From Octopus bimaculoides (Eukaryota), in contig NC_068997.1 in the NCBI RefSeq assembly GCF_001194135.2, positions 32,869,614 through 32,919,628 on the forward strand: a stretch of 50,015 nucleotides of DNA, written 5' to 3'. Positions 48,041-50,015 of this stretch are shown in pieces; positions within the stretch are counted from its first letter, which is position 1; the number at the start of each line of letters is the position of its first letter. The translations under genes and the position numbers were made by a program. The notes beneath the pieces are model-generated. The model searched no databases. It saw nothing but the letters and a program-made list of their open reading frames with translations, and was not told where the DNA came from.

Positions 48041-48485
48041 CTGTAGGTGTTGTTAAACCCGAGACTGTAAAATAGCTTGATAGCTTTTGACATTAACAAA
48101 CTTTGCCAAATCGCTTTTCTTTGAGTTTGTGTTTTTGGTATCCACTTAAGGACTTTCGTAAACACGCTGTTATTTCTCTTGGGTCTTAACTGCTGTTAAA
48201 AATAGGATAAAATTTCCCATCAACAGCAGGACAGAGCTTGATTGTAGAGGATGAATACGATGCAAACAAGTGAAGAATGCTTTTATCCAAGTCTCCAGTT
48301 CAATGATCAGACAAAAACCTACGAAACAGAAGTATTGATCATTGATGAAATAAAAAAAACATAAAGAAATTAATCTTAACCCATTCCCTCAGAACTAATT
48401 ATTTTACAGTTATAGCTTCAGGAAAATTGCATTGTCGAGTTGTTTAAATCAAAAAACATTATTATATATTTTTACTATTTTTTTT

Positions 48486-48709
48486 AAGGCGTCGTGCTGG
48501 CAGCATCTTTAGCGCATCGAACAAAATGCTTGGTGGCATTTCTTCTCGCTCTGTACGTTCTGGATGCAAACTCTACGGAGGTCAACTCTGTCTTTCATCC
48601 ATTCAGGATCGATAAAATAAAGTATAAGTCAAGTACTGAGGTCGATGTAATCGACACTTCGCCCGTCCGTCCACCCAATGTTGCTGGCCTTGTGTCAAGA
48701 TAAGAAAGA
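48486..48709 (+). mobile_element. SINE family B, full length
   Basis: AAGGCGTCGTGCTGGCAGCATC..AAAATGCTT..GGAGGTCAACTCTGTCTTTCATCCATTCAGGATCGATAAAATAAAG..GAGGTCGATGTAATCGAC..GCTGGCCTTGTGTC. Confidence 0.85.
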
Positions 48710-49074
48710 ATTGCTTTATTTCTTACGCAAGCGTTGTTTTTATCTGTACGTCAGAGAAACTCCTGCAGACGATAATTAGTATACATTTACTATTGACTTG
48801 GCATAGCAGTTCATTGTCATGGCAAAATATATTTCCGACCAAGATATGAAAATTCTGAGTCATTAACTAGGATAAGCTCTAATCCTACTGGTTGTGTCCG
48901 GTCTGTGCTGGCAGAGAAAACTGACGATAACTGAGAATTCACGCTGTTCACATATTATGACGGAATGTCTAAATATAATTCGGACATTCAATAGCTTTTT
49001 ATAATATTTAACGTCTCTAAGGCGGCAAACTGGAAGGGTTAGATACTATAAATATATATACATACACACAGTTT

Positions 49075-49434
49075 ATGTCGAGTAACTCTAACATTAAAAA
49101 TTCTATATACCAGTGTAAAATTACTTCTGGTAAAGAAGTATTTTTTGATATAGGGAATTCATCTTCTCAGTTATCTAAAAGAATTTCTAATCATTTCTCT
49201 ACATTTAGGAATAGGAATAAACGTAACAGTACAGGGCTTAGTAAATTAATTTGGTATCTAAAAGACCACAATGAACAATTTAATTTAAATTGGTTGATTC
49301 TCTCAATTCCGATACCTTATGATAAAGTAAAGGAATTCTGTCTTCTCTGTAATTCTGAACTATTTTTTATTCTTTTTTCTAAAAATTCCCTTGTAAACAC
49401 GGTTATAGAGCGTGCATACCGATGTAAACATTAG
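49075..49434 (+). mobile_element. Penelope-like element, C-terminal GIY-YIG endonuclease fragment (open 119 aa)
   Basis: SIYQCKIT..FDIGNS..SKRISNHFSTF..STGLSKLIWYLK..NWLIL..Y..CLLCNSE..IL..LVN..RCKH: IY..(Y>D)IG..R..E..N layout with CxxC and a terminal C-x-H. 5'-truncated. Confidence 0.85.
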
Positions 49435-49747
49435 CAGAAACTCACCTTTAGTTCATATAAGTGATATCTATCATTACATATAATTTACACATTAATTTTC
49501 TTCTTACATTTCACATTCATTAGATATATCTTTTTCCAAGAGTTTAGGGTTTTATTTAATTTACATATCGTTATATACTTCTCCTTTATTAGTTTTTTCT
49601 TTTCTTTACCCCTCCTCTTTCTATAGGCTACCTCTGACGTTATATCCTCTCACGTTTTTTTAGAACAAACTTAATAGCGTTCAGTTAATCACTACACATA
49701 TCCATCATATTCTGTTAAAATGTCTTATTGACGAGTTTTATTGCTTC

Positions 49748-49836
49748 ATTTCCCTGAAGAGAAGATTACACTGTTTTACACCGTTTTATTCCTTTAGAAT
49801 AACACCAATGATATCTTCGAAACATGTGTCGGAAGT
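49748..49836 (+). ncRNA. Type I hammerhead ribozyme motif in the Penelope 3' region (pLTR)
   Basis: Stem I ATTTCC/GGAAGT; core CTGAAGA 49754-49760; stem II GAAGAT/ATCTTC closing a 46-nt loop; GAAA 49819-49822; 2-bp stem III with palindromic ACATGT; GTC cleavage triplet 49828-49830. Confidence 0.8.
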
Positions 49837-49875
49837 AAAAGAATTTGAATAACACCTGTGTTTAACTCCATTTAT

Positions 49876-49876
49876 T

Positions 49877-49920
<44 letters not shown>

Positions 49921-50015
49921 CGTGTGTGTGTGTGTATGTGTGTGTTATATATATATACATACATACATACATGTACGTATGTATGTATATTTATATATAC
50001 GTATTGTACTTATAT
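49876..50015. repeat. Compound (TA)/(TG)/(CATA) microsatellite
   Basis: Read directly. Confidence 0.9.

Noticed and set aside
49434-49750. SECIS element in the Penelope 3' region
   Set aside because: No ATGA..AA..GA kink-turn stem could be drawn, and the ORF fragment has no in-frame TGA.

Overview
AT-rich, microsatellite-dense eukaryotic genomic DNA with 14 N-gaps (2273-2380, 4700-4825, 7629-7991, 8484-9456, 11785-12329, 16576-17053, 21552-22020, 22850-22859, 26989-26998, 32890-33309, 36180-36310, 40844-41036, 43011-43956, 44972-45108). The SINE families and repeat landscape suggest an octopus (inference, not searched). No host gene is confidently identified; one weak exon/pseudo-ORF candidate lies near 47.8-48.3 kb. 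Nearly all long ORFs in the track are artefacts of microsatellites or N-runs. The window is a mosaic of transposable-element relics: at least three tRNA-headed SINE families (here called A, B, C), mariner, DD37D (maT-like) and DD36E-spaced Tc1 elements, a hAT MITE with an intact 8-bp TSD, a Helitron helicase remnant, RTE and CR1/Jockey-like LINE fragments, several R4/Dong-like REL-endonuclease retrotransposons sitting in (TAA)n, and two Penelope-like elements. Most notable: (1) a complete type I hammerhead ribozyme motif with a 46-nt loop II insertion downstream of a Penelope GIY-YIG ORF; (2) two cases where an R4/Dong element and a SINE-B copy meet tail-to-tail on one shared (AAT)n tract; (3) compensatory stem changes in the SINE-A 3' hairpin; (4) an 880-bp mariner derivative with ~250-bp inverted arms; (5) several long hairpins and palindromes. 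All translations, alignments and folds were done by eye, and element boundaries without TIR/TSD support are approximate.
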